Source: Candidatus Sysuimicrobiota bacterium
Lineage (GTDB): Bacteria > Sysuimicrobiota > Sysuimicrobiia > Sysuimicrobiales > Sysuimicrobiaceae
Length of the DNA stretch: 33,706 nucleotides
Assembly (NCBI GenBank): GCA_040289515.1
Contig: PSLI01000025.1
Coordinates: 1-33,706 of the forward strand
Direction: 5' to 3'
How positions within the stretch are numbered: position 1 is the stretch's first letter; the number at the start of each line of letters is the position of its first letter. The notes below the pieces were generated by a model. The model was not told the DNA's origin and did no database searches. It worked only from the letters and a program-made list of their open reading frames with translations. Positions 1 to 11,624 of this stretch are shown piece by piece. Position numbers and translations under genes: made by a program.

Positions 1-50
1 GCACCTTACGGCTGGAGGAGGCGCTGCGGGCAGCGGAGGAGGACGCGTGA
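1..50 (+). CDS. hisA: 3' end of probable HisA (ProFAR isomerase), partial
   Basis: Frame from nt 3 reads [15 protein letters not shown] (TGA 48-50) and overlaps the hisF start (GTGA). LEEAL resembles HisA C-termini, and hisA-hisF is the usual order. Only 15 codons are visible. Confidence 0.6.
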   Translation, partial: TLRLEEALRAAEEDA

Positions 51-826
51 GCCTCGCCAAGCGCATCGTCCCCTGCCTGGACGTGGACGCAGGCCGCGTG
101 GTGAAGGGGGTGCGGTTCGTGGACCTCCGGGATGCAGGCGACCCTGCGGAGCTGGCTGCCGCGTACGACCGCGCGGGGGCGGACGAGCTGGTGTTCCTGG
201 ACATCACCGCGTCCGCACAGGGCCGGCCCATCCTAGAGGAGGTGGTGTGGCGCGCCGCGGGCCAAGTGTTTATCCCCCTCACGGTGGGAGGCGGGGTTCG
301 TTCCGTGGAGGACGCGCGGCGACTGCTGCGAGCCGGTGCCGACAAGGTGGCGGTGAACACCGCCGCGGTGCAGGACCCGGGCTTGGTGAGGCGCCTGGCG
401 GAGCGGTTCGGACGACAGTGCGTGGTGGTGGCCATCGATGCCCGCCGCCAGCAGCAGGGCTGGGAGGTGTACACCCACGGCGGCCGCCGACCCACGGGGC
501 TGGACGCCGTGGCGTGGGCGGAACAGGCCGCGGAGCTGGGCGCAGGGGAGATCCTGCTCACCAGCATGGACCGGGACGGGACCACGGAGGGGTTTGACGT
601 GGAACTCACGCGGGCGGTGAGCCGGGCCGTTCCGGTGCCCGTGGTGGCCTCCGGGGGCGCGGGGTCGGTGGAGCACTTCGTGCAGGTACTCACGGAAGGG
701 GAGGCGGACGCGGCTTTGGCCGCATCGGTGTTCCACTTCGGGTGGCTAAGGATTCGCGAGGTGAAATCGGCGCTGCGAGCGCGGGGCGTGCCGGTGCGCG
801 AGGTGGAACCTTGGCAGGAAACGTAA
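47..826 (+). CDS. hisF: Imidazole glycerol phosphate synthase cyclase subunit
   Basis: [65 protein letters not shown] motifs. Confidence 0.98.
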   Translation: MSLAKRIVPCLDVDAGRVVKGVRFVDLRDAGDPAELAAAYDRAGADELVFLDITASAQGRPILEEVVWRAAGQVFIPLTVGGGVRSVEDARRLLRAGADKVAVNTAAVQDPGLVRRLAERFGRQCVVVAIDARRQQQGWEVYTHGGRRPTGLDAVAWAEQAAELGAGEILLTSMDRDGTTEGFDVELTRAVSRAVPVPVVASGGAGSVEHFVQVLTEGEADAALAASVFHFGWLRIREVKSALRARGVPVREVEPWQET

Positions 827-1425
827 ACGGTCGGGCGGGTGCGCTCCGACCGGTGGTGGTGCAGGACCGCCGCTCGGGACAGGTCCTCATGGTGGCGTAC
901 GCCAACGAGGAGGCCGTGCAACGCACGGTGGAGTTGGGGGTGGCCCACTTCTGGAGTCGGTCCCGCAACACCCTGTGGCGGAAGGGCGAGACTTCAGGAT
1001 GTGGGCTGCGGGTGCACCAGGTGCTGCAGGACTGTGACGGGGACGCCCTGCTCTACGTGGTGGACCCACAGGGACCTGCGTGCCACACCGGCCAGACCTC
1101 CTGCTTTCACCGGGATCTGGAAGGAGGCCGGGCGCATGCGGCCGCGGGGGTGCTGTGGGAGCTGGAGGGGGTGATCCGGGAGCGGCTGGGGGACCCACGG
1201 CCGGGTTCGTACACGGCGGCGCTCCTTGCCGCAGACCCCGCCCGGCTGCACGAGAAGTTGTTCGAGGAGACCGCGGAGGTGGTGCGCGCCGCGCGACAGG
1301 AAGGGCCCGGTCGCCTGGCGGAGGAAGCCGCGGATCTCGTCTACCACCTGCTGGTGCTGCTGGCTCGGGAGCGGGTGGCGTGGTCGGAGGTGCTGCAGGT
1401 GCTGGCCGCACGCAGGGGTCGGTGA
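811..1425 (+). CDS. hisIE: Bifunctional phosphoribosyl-AMP cyclohydrolase / phosphoribosyl-ATP pyrophosphatase
   Basis: HisI motifs [20 protein letters not shown] and ACHTG..SCF are followed by HisE motifs SYT..L, EKLFEE and [14 protein letters not shown]. Start set at TTG 811 after GAGGTGG (800-806); the start is uncertain. Confidence 0.95.
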   Translation: MAGNVNGRAGALRPVVVQDRRSGQVLMVAYANEEAVQRTVELGVAHFWSRSRNTLWRKGETSGCGLRVHQVLQDCDGDALLYVVDPQGPACHTGQTSCFHRDLEGGRAHAAAGVLWELEGVIRERLGDPRPGSYTAALLAADPARLHEKLFEETAEVVRAARQEGPGRLAEEAADLVYHLLVLLARERVAWSEVLQVLAARRGR

Positions 1426-1461
1426 GGCCCCGGAAGGCGGTATCCTGCGGTCGGGGTCGCC

Positions 1462-2193
1462 ATGCGCTACGCGGTCTTGTCGGACGTGCACGCGAACCTC
1501 GAAGCCCTGGAGGCGGTGCTGGAGGACGCCCGGGGGCAAGGGGTGCAAGGGTTCCTGTGCCTGGGCGATTTCGTGGGCTACGGGCCAGACCCCAACGCGT
1601 GCGTGGAGCGGCTGCGGGGCCTGGTGTCCGTGGCCCTGGTGGGCAACCACGATCTGGCGGCCCTGGGTCGGCTGGACGCCGGCAATTTCAACCTGTTCGC
1701 GCGGGCCGCGCTGGAGTGGACCCGTGAACAGCTGTCCCCCTCCGTGCGCGCGTTCCTGGAGCACCTGCGCCCGCGGGAGACCTTCCAGGATCTCCTCCTG
1801 GTGCACGCAAGCCCGCAGGACCCGGTGCACGAGTACATCCTGGACTGGGAAACTGCGGACGACAACTTCCGGGCGGAGCCTTTCTCCGTGTGCCTGTTCG
1901 GCCACACCCACGTGCCTGTGCGCTTCACCCACGACGGCGTGCGCACGCAGGTGTTGCCGTTTTTGCCCCACGCCCCGCTCCAGCTGTCTCCGCAGCTCCG
2001 CCACCTGGTCAACGTAGGCAGCGTGGGCCAGCCCCGGGACGGGGACCCGCGCGCGGCATACACGGTGCTGGACACGGAGGCCAGGACCGTGGAGCTGCGT
2101 CGGGTGTCCTACCCCGTGGAGGCCGTCCAACGCAAGATGCAGGCGCGGGGGCTCCCGGGGCCCCTGTGGGAACGGCTGGCGGAGGGGCGGTGA
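1462..2193 (+). CDS. Metallophosphoesterase, calcineurin-like (YfcE/MJ0936-like)
   Basis: SDVHAN, LGDFVGYG, GNHD, HASP, GHTH and NVGSVGQPRDG metal-binding motifs. Confidence 0.92.
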   Translation: MRYAVLSDVHANLEALEAVLEDARGQGVQGFLCLGDFVGYGPDPNACVERLRGLVSVALVGNHDLAALGRLDAGNFNLFARAALEWTREQLSPSVRAFLEHLRPRETFQDLLLVHASPQDPVHEYILDWETADDNFRAEPFSVCLFGHTHVPVRFTHDGVRTQVLPFLPHAPLQLSPQLRHLVNVGSVGQPRDGDPRAAYTVLDTEARTVELRRVSYPVEAVQRKMQARGLPGPLWERLAEGR

Positions 2194-2222
2194 ATGCGGG
2201 CGTAATCCGGGGAGGTGCAACG

Positions 2223-2789
2223 GTGAGGATCTACACGCGAACCGGGGACGCAGGTCAGACGAGCCTGTTCGGGGGCGAGCGGGTGTCCAAGGCGGACCCG
2301 CGGGTGGAGGCGTACGGGAGTGTGGACGAACTGGCGAGCGTGCTAGGGCTGGTGCGGGCCAAGCTGCCCGCGGGCGAGCTGCAGGACCTGTTGGCGGAGG
2401 TTCAGGGCAGGCTGTTCCAGGTCGGGGCGGAGCTGGCCACCGCGCGGCGGGAAGACCCTAGGTTGAGTTCCCACTTACCTCACCTCACCGCCGGGCATAC
2501 CTCCGCCCTGGAGGCGTGGATCGATCGGATGGAAGCAGGGCTGCCCAAGCTGCGGGGCTTCGTGTTGCCGGGAGGGTGCGAGGCTGGGGCACTCCTGCAC
2601 GTGGCCCGGGCGGTGTGCCGGCGAGCGGAGCGAAGGGTGGTAGCCCTGGCGGAGCGGTCCGCGGTGAACCCGGAGGTGCTGCGGTATCTGAACCGCCTGG
2701 GCGACCTCCTGTTCGTGATGGCGCGCTGGGTCAACCACGCGGCAGGGACGCCGGAGGCCGCCTGGGAGGGGCAGGCGCGGCCAACTTGA
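2223..2789 (+). CDS. pduO: ATP:cob(I)alamin adenosyltransferase, PduO/YvqK type
   Basis: RIYTRTGD.GQTSL, EAYGSVDEL, FVLPGG, RAVCRRAER and YLNRLGDLLFVMAR motifs. GTG 2223 follows a GGAGGT RBS. Confidence 0.93.
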   Translation: MRIYTRTGDAGQTSLFGGERVSKADPRVEAYGSVDELASVLGLVRAKLPAGELQDLLAEVQGRLFQVGAELATARREDPRLSSHLPHLTAGHTSALEAWIDRMEAGLPKLRGFVLPGGCEAGALLHVARAVCRRAERRVVALAERSAVNPEVLRYLNRLGDLLFVMARWVNHAAGTPEAAWEGQARPT

Positions 2790-2814
2790 CATCGTTGCAC
2801 GGCGCCAGTAGCTT
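2786..2814 (+). promoter_or_regulatory. Sigma70-type promoter for the carbohydrate ABC operon
   Basis: TTGACA (2786-2791), 17 nt spacer, TAGCTT (2809-2814). The -35 box overlaps the pduO stop codon. Confidence 0.7.
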
Positions 2815-2844
2815 TTGCAGGAGGCGAGGGCCGGAGGGGCTAGG

Positions 2845-3777
2845 ATGGCGGTGGCCGAGCAGCTGGGAACGGCGGTCGCACGGGGTCGCACGTGGCTGGA
2901 GCGGGAGCGCGTGCTGGGGCCCGCCCTGCTGGCGCCCGCAGTGGCTTACATCGTGCTCCTGGTAGGTTTCCCGTTCCTGTTCGCCCTGTACCTGAGCTGG
3001 ACGGACGCTACCACGGGGAACCCCTTCGGCCGCTTCATCGGGCTGTCCAACTTCGCCCTGGTGTTCCACGACCCCGTGGCCTCCCGCGCTTTGCGCAACA
3101 CCTTCCTGTTTACCCTCACCGCCCAGGTGACGGTGATGGTGCTGGCCAACGTGCTGGCCCTGGTCCTGCGCCGTCCTTTTCGCGGCCGCGGGGCGGTGAT
3201 GTTCCTCCTGCTGCTGCCGTGGGTGGCGCCCGTGTCCCTTTCCACCATCGGGTGGCTGTGGATCCTACACGCCCGCTTCAGCGTGGTGGACTGGGTCCTG
3301 CGCCAGGTGGGGCTGCTGCCTCCGGGGGCCAACATGTTCTGGCTGGGCCGGCCGGACCTGGCCTTCGCGGCGGTGGTGGCGGTACACGTGTGGCGGATGC
3401 TGCCCTTCGCCACCGTGGTGCTGCTGGCGGGGCACTCTGCCATCCCGCCGGAGTTCCTGGATCAGGCGGAGGTGGACGGGGCGAACCTGTGGCAGAAGTA
3501 CCGGCACGTGATGATGCCCCTGCTGGCCCCCGTGGCGGTGGTGGCGGCCCTGTTCGGGACCATCTTCACCTTCACGGACATGACGGTGGTGTACGTGCTG
3601 ACCCGGGGCGGGCCCTTCGATACCACCCAGGTGCTGGCCAGCCTGGCCTTCTTCAAGGGGATCGTGGGCGGCAACCTAAGCGTGGGCGCCACCATCTCCC
3701 TGCTGCTGTTCCCGGTACTCCTGGTGGCAGCCGTGCTGGTGTTGCGGGCGGCCCGGCGGGTGGAGGTGGGCTGGTGA
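2845..3777 (+). CDS. Carbohydrate ABC transporter permease (MalF/UgpA-like)
   Basis: Multiple TM segments, FIGLSNF, EAA-loop DQAEVDGANLWQKYRHV, VYVLTRGGP. ATG 2845 follows GGAGG. Confidence 0.93.
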   Translation: MAVAEQLGTAVARGRTWLERERVLGPALLAPAVAYIVLLVGFPFLFALYLSWTDATTGNPFGRFIGLSNFALVFHDPVASRALRNTFLFTLTAQVTVMVLANVLALVLRRPFRGRGAVMFLLLLPWVAPVSLSTIGWLWILHARFSVVDWVLRQVGLLPPGANMFWLGRPDLAFAAVVAVHVWRMLPFATVVLLAGHSAIPPEFLDQAEVDGANLWQKYRHVMMPLLAPVAVVAALFGTIFTFTDMTVVYVLTRGGPFDTTQVLASLAFFKGIVGGNLSVGATISLLLFPVLLVAAVLVLRAARRVEVGW

Positions 3778-4622
3778 GCCCGAAGGTGCGTCGGTGGGCC
3801 GCGCGGGTAGGGCGGGCGGTACTGGTGGGCGTGTTCGTGGTATTCGCGGCCTTTCCCTTTGTGTGGATGGGGATCACCGCGTTCAAGCAGAACTCCGACC
3901 TGTACAACCCCGCCCACAACCCCTTCTGGTTCCAGGAGCCGCCCACCCTGGAACACGTGCGGTACGCCTTCACCAAGACCCAGTTCGGCCGCTGGGTGGT
4001 CAACACCGCCCTGGTGGGGCTGGGGGTGGTCGCCATCACCTTGCTGCTCACCGTGCCCGCGGCCTACAGCCTGGCCCGGCTGCTGGGCCGGTGGGGGGAG
4101 CGGGCCAGCATCGCCCTCTTCCTCGTGTACCTGGTGCCGCCCACTCTGCTGTTCATCCCCATGTCCCTGGTGGTGACCACCCTGGGGCTGCAGAACACCC
4201 TGTGGTCGCTCATCGTGGTCTACCCCACCATCACCGTGCCCCTGTGCACGTGGCTGCTGGGAGGGTTCCTGCGAGGCCTGCCCCGGGAGCTGGAGGAGGC
4301 CGCCCTGGTGGACGGGTGCACCCGGCTGGGGGCGCTGCGGCGGGTGGTGCTCCCCCTGGCGGTGCCGGGGATCGTTACGGTGGTCATCTTCAGCTTCACC
4401 CTGTCCGCGCAGGAGTTCGTGTACGCCCTCAGCTTCGTCACCGCCACCGCGCAGAAGACGGTGAGCGTGGGGGTGCCGGCGGACATGGTGCGGGGCGACA
4501 TCTTCGACTGGGGGCCCCTCATGGCCTCCGCGTTTTTGGCCAGCGTGCCCGTGGCGGCCCTGTACTACCTGGTGATCGAGCGGTTTGTGGGCAGTTTCAC
4601 CCTCAGCGGCGCAGCCCGCTGA
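3774..4622 (+). CDS. Carbohydrate ABC transporter permease (MalG/UgpE-like)
   Basis: GTGA overlap with the upstream permease, LPRELEEAALVDGC EAA motif, DWGPLMAS. Confidence 0.93.
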   Translation: MSPKVRRWAARVGRAVLVGVFVVFAAFPFVWMGITAFKQNSDLYNPAHNPFWFQEPPTLEHVRYAFTKTQFGRWVVNTALVGLGVVAITLLLTVPAAYSLARLLGRWGERASIALFLVYLVPPTLLFIPMSLVVTTLGLQNTLWSLIVVYPTITVPLCTWLLGGFLRGLPRELEEAALVDGCTRLGALRRVVLPLAVPGIVTVVIFSFTLSAQEFVYALSFVTATAQKTVSVGVPADMVRGDIFDWGPLMASAFLASVPVAALYYLVIERFVGSFTLSGAAR

Positions 4623-4644
4623 GGAGTCCAACCGAGGGGGAGGG

Positions 4645-6213
4645 ATGGCCATGGAGGAGGAACAGAAGCAGGACGGCGCGTGGGTGCAGGTGGCGGAGGG
4701 CCGATGGCGCCGGGTCACGCGCCGGGACTTCCTGAAGTCCGTGGCCGCGGGGGCCGCGGCGGGCAGCCTGGGCCCCCTGGTGCTCACGGAGCGGACCCGG
4801 GCGCAGCCCGTGACGCTGCGGGTTTTGCAGTGGCGGCACTTTGTTCCGCCGTACGATGAGTGGTTTGACAAGGTCTTCGTGCCCCGGTGGGGTGAGAAGA
4901 ACGGGGTGCGGGTCGTGGTAGAACACGTGGGGGTGGCGGACCTACCCGCCATCGCGGCCTCCGAGTCAGCCCGGGTGGCGGCGGGCGCGGATCCCGGCCA
5001 CGACCTCCTGCAGTACCTGACCCCGCCCGCTTCGCTGGAGCGCCAGGTGGACACCGACGCCCACAAGGAGGTGATCGAGGAGCTCAAGCGCAAGGTGGGG
5101 CCCTACATCCCCCTGGCGGAAAAGAGCACCTACAACCCCGCCACCCGGCGCTACTTCGGGGTGTCTGACAACTTCGTGGCCGACCCCATACACTACCGGG
5201 CGGACTTGTGGCGGCAGGTGTCCGCCAAGCTTACCGGCCCTGACCGGGTCCCCCTGCGGGGTCCTGTGACCTGGGAGGACATCCGCAAGGCGGGCCGCGA
5301 GCTGAAGCGCATGGGGCACCCCGTGGGACTCGGGCTGAGCCAGGAGATCGACACCGCCATGTTCTTAAGGGCGCTCATGTACTCCTGGGGGACGGGCGAG
5401 CAGGACGAGGCCAGCAACGTGGTCCTGGACGTCCCTCCGTTCCGGCAGAGAACCCTGGATGCCCTCAAGTTCGTCAAAGCGCTGTACGAGGAGACCATGT
5501 TCCCCGGGGTGTTCGCGTGGACCGCGGCCTCCAACAACGAGGAGTTCCTGGCAGGCCGTATCTCCATCGCCATGAACGCGATTTCCATCATCCGCGCGGC
5601 GCAGGCTTCCGCCGCAGCCGCCATCCGGCGGGGGGAGAACCCCAACCAGTCTCCCGCGGTGCAGTTCGCCCGCAACACGTGGATTACGGAGCGGGCCCCG
5701 CGGGGCCCCGCGGGAGCCCGGGGGCTGGAGCACGTGATGGGGGTGTACTTCCTGTGGCGGGGCCGGCCCCGGCCCGTGCGGGAGGCCGCCAAGAAGTTTC
5801 TCATCGACCTCGTCCTGAGCTACGACCCGGACGTGGCGGCCCGGGAGGGATGGCCGCCCGGCAAGTTCCACGCGTCCCAGGCGTACGACTACCCCACCTT
5901 TGAGAACGCCATCCCGAAGGCCAAGCGCCTCGCGTACCTGCGGGACGACCCAGTGAGCAAGGCCGCGGGGGATCGCAAGGACAAGCTGGTGAGCATCGAG
6001 ACTGCCTACGAGTGGGCCCACAACGTGGGCTGGCCCGGTCCCTCCAACGCGGCCATCGACGAGGTGTTCAACACGTGGATCATCAACGTGATGTTCGCCC
6101 GGGTGGCGCAGGGAATCGACACGCCGGAGCAGGCCCTGAACGCGGCCGCGGCCCAGATCCGCCGGGTATTCCAGAAATGGCGGGAGCAGGGCCTGGTGGG
6201 CGGCCGCCGCTAG
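4645..6213 (+). CDS. Tat-exported carbohydrate ABC substrate-binding protein
   Basis: Twin-arginine signal VTRRDFLKSVAAG, HFVPPYDEWF, YRADLW and P.TWED motifs typical of sugar-type SBPs. Directly follows two permeases. Confidence 0.88.
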   Translation: MAMEEEQKQDGAWVQVAEGRWRRVTRRDFLKSVAAGAAAGSLGPLVLTERTRAQPVTLRVLQWRHFVPPYDEWFDKVFVPRWGEKNGVRVVVEHVGVADLPAIAASESARVAAGADPGHDLLQYLTPPASLERQVDTDAHKEVIEELKRKVGPYIPLAEKSTYNPATRRYFGVSDNFVADPIHYRADLWRQVSAKLTGPDRVPLRGPVTWEDIRKAGRELKRMGHPVGLGLSQEIDTAMFLRALMYSWGTGEQDEASNVVLDVPPFRQRTLDALKFVKALYEETMFPGVFAWTAASNNEEFLAGRISIAMNAISIIRAAQASAAAAIRRGENPNQSPAVQFARNTWITERAPRGPAGARGLEHVMGVYFLWRGRPRPVREAAKKFLIDLVLSYDPDVAAREGWPPGKFHASQAYDYPTFENAIPKAKRLAYLRDDPVSKAAGDRKDKLVSIETAYEWAHNVGWPGPSNAAIDEVFNTWIINVMFARVAQGIDTPEQALNAAAAQIRRVFQKWREQGLVGGRR

Positions 6214-6223
6214 GCCGGAGGCG

Positions 6224-6264
6224 AAAACCCCCGCGGGGAGGACCCCGCCCTCCCCGCGGTTCTT
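6224..6264. terminator. Probable bidirectional intrinsic terminator between the SBP gene and sdhB
   Basis: 11-bp perfect stem CCGCGGGGAGG (6231-6241) / CCTCCCCGCGG (6249-6259), with TTCTT on the right and AAAA on the left, between convergent genes. Confidence 0.75.
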
Positions 6265-6963
6265 CTATGCGCGGCTCAGGACGACCGCCCGCTTGAGGTC
6301 CTGGATGGCCTTCGTGATCTCGATGCCCTGCGGGCAGGCGTCGGTGCAGTTGAACACGGTCCGGCACTTAAACGCCCCGCTGCGCTCCGCCACGATGGCC
6401 AGCCGCTCCGGGGCCGCGCGGTCGCGGCTGTCGAAGATGAAGCGGTGGGCTGCCACCAGGGCCGCGGGCCCCAGGAACTCTCCGTTGCCCCAGAAGATGG
6501 GGCAGGCGGTGGTGCACACGGCGCACAGGATGCACTTGGTGGTGTCGTCGATGCGGGCCCGCTCCTCGGGACTCTGCAGCCGCTCCCGCAGGGGCGGGGG
6601 TTCGTCGTTCACCAGCCAGGGCATCACCTGCCGGTACTTGGCAAAGAAAGGCTCCATGTCCACCACCAGGTCCTTGATCACCGGCAGGCCCCGGAGGGGC
6701 TCCACGGTGATCCGGCTGCCCAGGTCCTTCACCAGCACCTTGCAGGCCAGGCGGTTGCGGCCGTTGATGAGCATGGCATCCGACCCGCAGATCCCGTGGG
6801 CGCAGGAGCGGCGCAGGGCCAGGGTCCCGTCCACGTTCCACTTGACGTAGTGCAGCACATCCAGCACCCGGTCGAAGGGGTCTGTGGGGACCTGGTAGTC
6901 CGCCCAGTACGGCCGCGCGTCCTTCTCCGGGTTGAAGCGCTTGATCCGCACGTGGACCTTCAT
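6265..6963 (-). CDS. sdhB: Succinate dehydrogenase iron-sulfur subunit
   Basis: SCAHGICGSD...LAC (2Fe-2S), CILCAVCTTACP and CRTVFNCTDACP clusters. ATG 6963 follows GAGGAGG. Confidence 0.97.
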   Translation of the reverse strand: MKVHVRIKRFNPEKDARPYWADYQVPTDPFDRVLDVLHYVKWNVDGTLALRRSCAHGICGSDAMLINGRNRLACKVLVKDLGSRITVEPLRGLPVIKDLVVDMEPFFAKYRQVMPWLVNDEPPPLRERLQSPEERARIDDTTKCILCAVCTTACPIFWGNGEFLGPAALVAAHRFIFDSRDRAAPERLAIVAERSGAFKCRTVFNCTDACPQGIEITKAIQDLKRAVVLSRA

Positions 6964-6973
6964 GGGTCCCTCC

Positions 6974-8698
<1,725 letters not shown>

Positions 8699-8712
8699 CG
8701 CTCCCCTCCTTG

Positions 8713-9099
8713 TCAGGGCCGGGCGAAGGTCGCGGGGTCGAAGGAGAACAGCACCAGGGCGCCCAGCAGGGCGAACACCAGACCCACGGTCCACAGGACC
8801 ACGTTCCATGCCAGGCGCCAGCCGCCGCCCGGCCGGGTGTAGTCGTGGACGATCCCCCGCAGTCCCACGAGACCGTGGGAGAGGGCCAGGACCAGAATCA
8901 GCAGGTCGTAGGCACGCCACAGGGGGTTGCGGAACCGCTGCGCCACGAAGTGGAAGTCGATGACATCCGTGGTGTTGATCACGTGCATGATGTACAGGTG
9001 GCCCAGCACCAGCAGGAGCAGCAAGGCCGCGGACACCCGCAGGTACAGCCAGGCCAACCATTCCCACCCGCCGTTGGGTCGGATGTGTGTGCGTTCCAC
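8713..9099 (-). CDS. sdhD: Succinate dehydrogenase hydrophobic anchor subunit
   Basis: Three TM helices with His residues ([23 protein letters not shown]), lying between sdhC and sdhA. Confidence 0.9.
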   Translation of the reverse strand: MERTHIRPNGGWEWLAWLYLRVSAALLLLLVLGHLYIMHVINTTDVIDFHFVAQRFRNPLWRAYDLLILVLALSHGLVGLRGIVHDYTRPGGGWRLAWNVVLWTVGLVFALLGALVLFSFDPATFARP

Positions 9100-9126
9100 C
9101 GCGTCCCTCCTGACTGGATTCCCGTC

Positions 9127-9480
9127 CTAGGGGCCCAACAGGGGCCGCAGGATCAGGACCCCCACCGGGACCATAACCACCACGTAGGCCGCGGCCCCTA
9201 CCCAGAACAGGGTGCGGTACCACCGGGTGGCGTTGGGGAACAGGTCCAAAATCATCACCACGAGGCCGTTGCCCGCATGGTATACCACCGCGGCCACCAG
9301 GAGAAACTCGAAGGGCTTGAACCATGGCTGCTTGTACAGGGCCAGGGCGTGGTCGTAGGCCTGCGGCCCGTACAGGAGCATGCTGGTCTCTACGATGTGC
9401 AGCAGCAAAAACACCAGTACCGCCACACCGGTGATGCGGTGCAACGCCCACGCCAGCATTCCCGGTCCGCCTCGGTACAT
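9127..9480 (-). CDS. sdhC: Succinate dehydrogenase cytochrome b subunit
   Basis: [21 protein letters not shown] and YHAGNG motifs resembling actinobacterial-type SdhC. Confidence 0.92.
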   Translation of the reverse strand: MYRGGPGMLAWALHRITGVAVLVFLLLHIVETSMLLYGPQAYDHALALYKQPWFKPFEFLLVAAVVYHAGNGLVVMILDLFPNATRWYRTLFWVGAAAYVVVMVPVGVLILRPLLGP

Positions 9481-9496
9481 GGTACCCCCTCGTGGC

Positions 9497-10195
9497 TCAC
9501 GTGGACCGCTCCACGTCTTCCCGCATGTCCTCCATGTGCCGGTGCATCACGCCCCGGGCCAGGGGCTCGTTACGCATCCGGATGGCCTCCAGGAGGGCCT
9601 GGTGGAACTCCTGCGCCTTGTGGGGGCTGGTGGGGGCGCGTCCGGTGGCCTCGCGGCTGCGCAACCACATCTCGCACAGGCTGCGCACCACCGAGACCAG
9701 GACCGGGTTGCGGGTGGCCTCCGCCAGCAGCTGGTGGAACTGCAGGTCGGTTTCCAGGTCGTGCTTGCCCTGCGCCAGCTCCTGCTCCCGCCGATTCAGG
9801 AGGTCCTGCATCTGGTCGATGTCGTCCTGAGTGGCGCGGTGCACCGCGAGGGCCACCACCTCCTCCTCCACCAGGCGTCGGGCTTCCACCAGGTCCAGGA
9901 GGAACTCCCGCTCACGCAGCAGCCCCCACACCGCGGGGTCCACGGGGGCGGGAGCTTGCCGGACAAAGGTACCGTCCCCCGAGCGTACCTCCACCAAGCC
10001 CATGGCGCTCAACACGCGCAGGGCCTCCCGCACGGAGGCGCGGCTGACGCTCAGCAGCTCCGCCAGCTCACGCTCGGAGGGCAGGCGATCCCCGGGTTGG
10101 AGCTGACGCTCGGCGATCAGACCCTGGATCTGGCGGACGATGTCCTCGTAGATCCGCCGGGGCCGGACCGGTTGGAAGATGGACGGATGCGTCAT
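9497..10195 (-). CDS. GntR-family regulator, FadR subfamily (HTH + FCD)
   Basis: [32 protein letters not shown]-terminal FCD motifs [29 protein letters not shown]. The gene is the 3' part of the track ORF 9497..11377. Confidence 0.95.
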   Translation of the reverse strand: MTHPSIFQPVRPRRIYEDIVRQIQGLIAERQLQPGDRLPSERELAELLSVSRASVREALRVLSAMGLVEVRSGDGTFVRQAPAPVDPAVWGLLREREFLLDLVEARRLVEEEVVALAVHRATQDDIDQMQDLLNRREQELAQGKHDLETDLQFHQLLAEATRNPVLVSVVRSLCEMWLRSREATGRAPTSPHKAQEFHQALLEAIRMRNEPLARGVMHRHMEDMREDVERST

Positions 10196-10213
10196 GCTGG
10201 CCCGGTGGCCAAG

Positions 10214-10224
10214 CCGTCTGACCA
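10214..10224. promoter_or_regulatory. Candidate FadR-subfamily operator
   Basis: Minus strand TGGTCAGACGG matches the TGGTCnGACCA-type palindrome at 9 of 11 positions and sits at the predicted gntR transcription start. Confidence 0.4.
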
Positions 10225-10229
10225 GCTCC

Positions 10230-10258
10230 ACGATACACGCCGCTGGCTGCCGTGTAAA
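10230..10258 (-). promoter_or_regulatory. Sigma70-type promoter for gntR-sdhCDAB
   Basis: Minus strand TTTACA (10258-10253), 17 nt spacer, TATCGT (10235-10230). Confidence 0.55.
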
Positions 10259-10265
10259 GGTAGGG

Positions 10266-10295
10266 TTGGCCCGCGGGGGCGGTTGGGAGTACACT
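10266..10295 (+). promoter_or_regulatory. Candidate sigma70-type promoter for icd-mdh-sucCD
   Basis: TTGGCC (10266-10271), 18 nt spacer, TACACT (10290-10295), back to back with the gntR promoter. Confidence 0.45.
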
Positions 10296-10366
10296 GTGGG
10301 TGGGCTCGCCCCGGCAGGTCGCGCGGGTCCCCAAACAAAACCCCGGCTGACCACAGGAGCGGCACG

Positions 10367-11614
<1,248 letters not shown>

Positions 11615-11624
11615 GGAGAACGCG

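Noticed and set aside
2194..2844. Cobalamin riboswitch or B12 uptake linked to pduO and the following ABC system
   Set aside because: The intergenic gaps are too short for a cobalamin riboswitch, and the permeases are CUT1 sugar-type rather than BtuC/FecCD-type.
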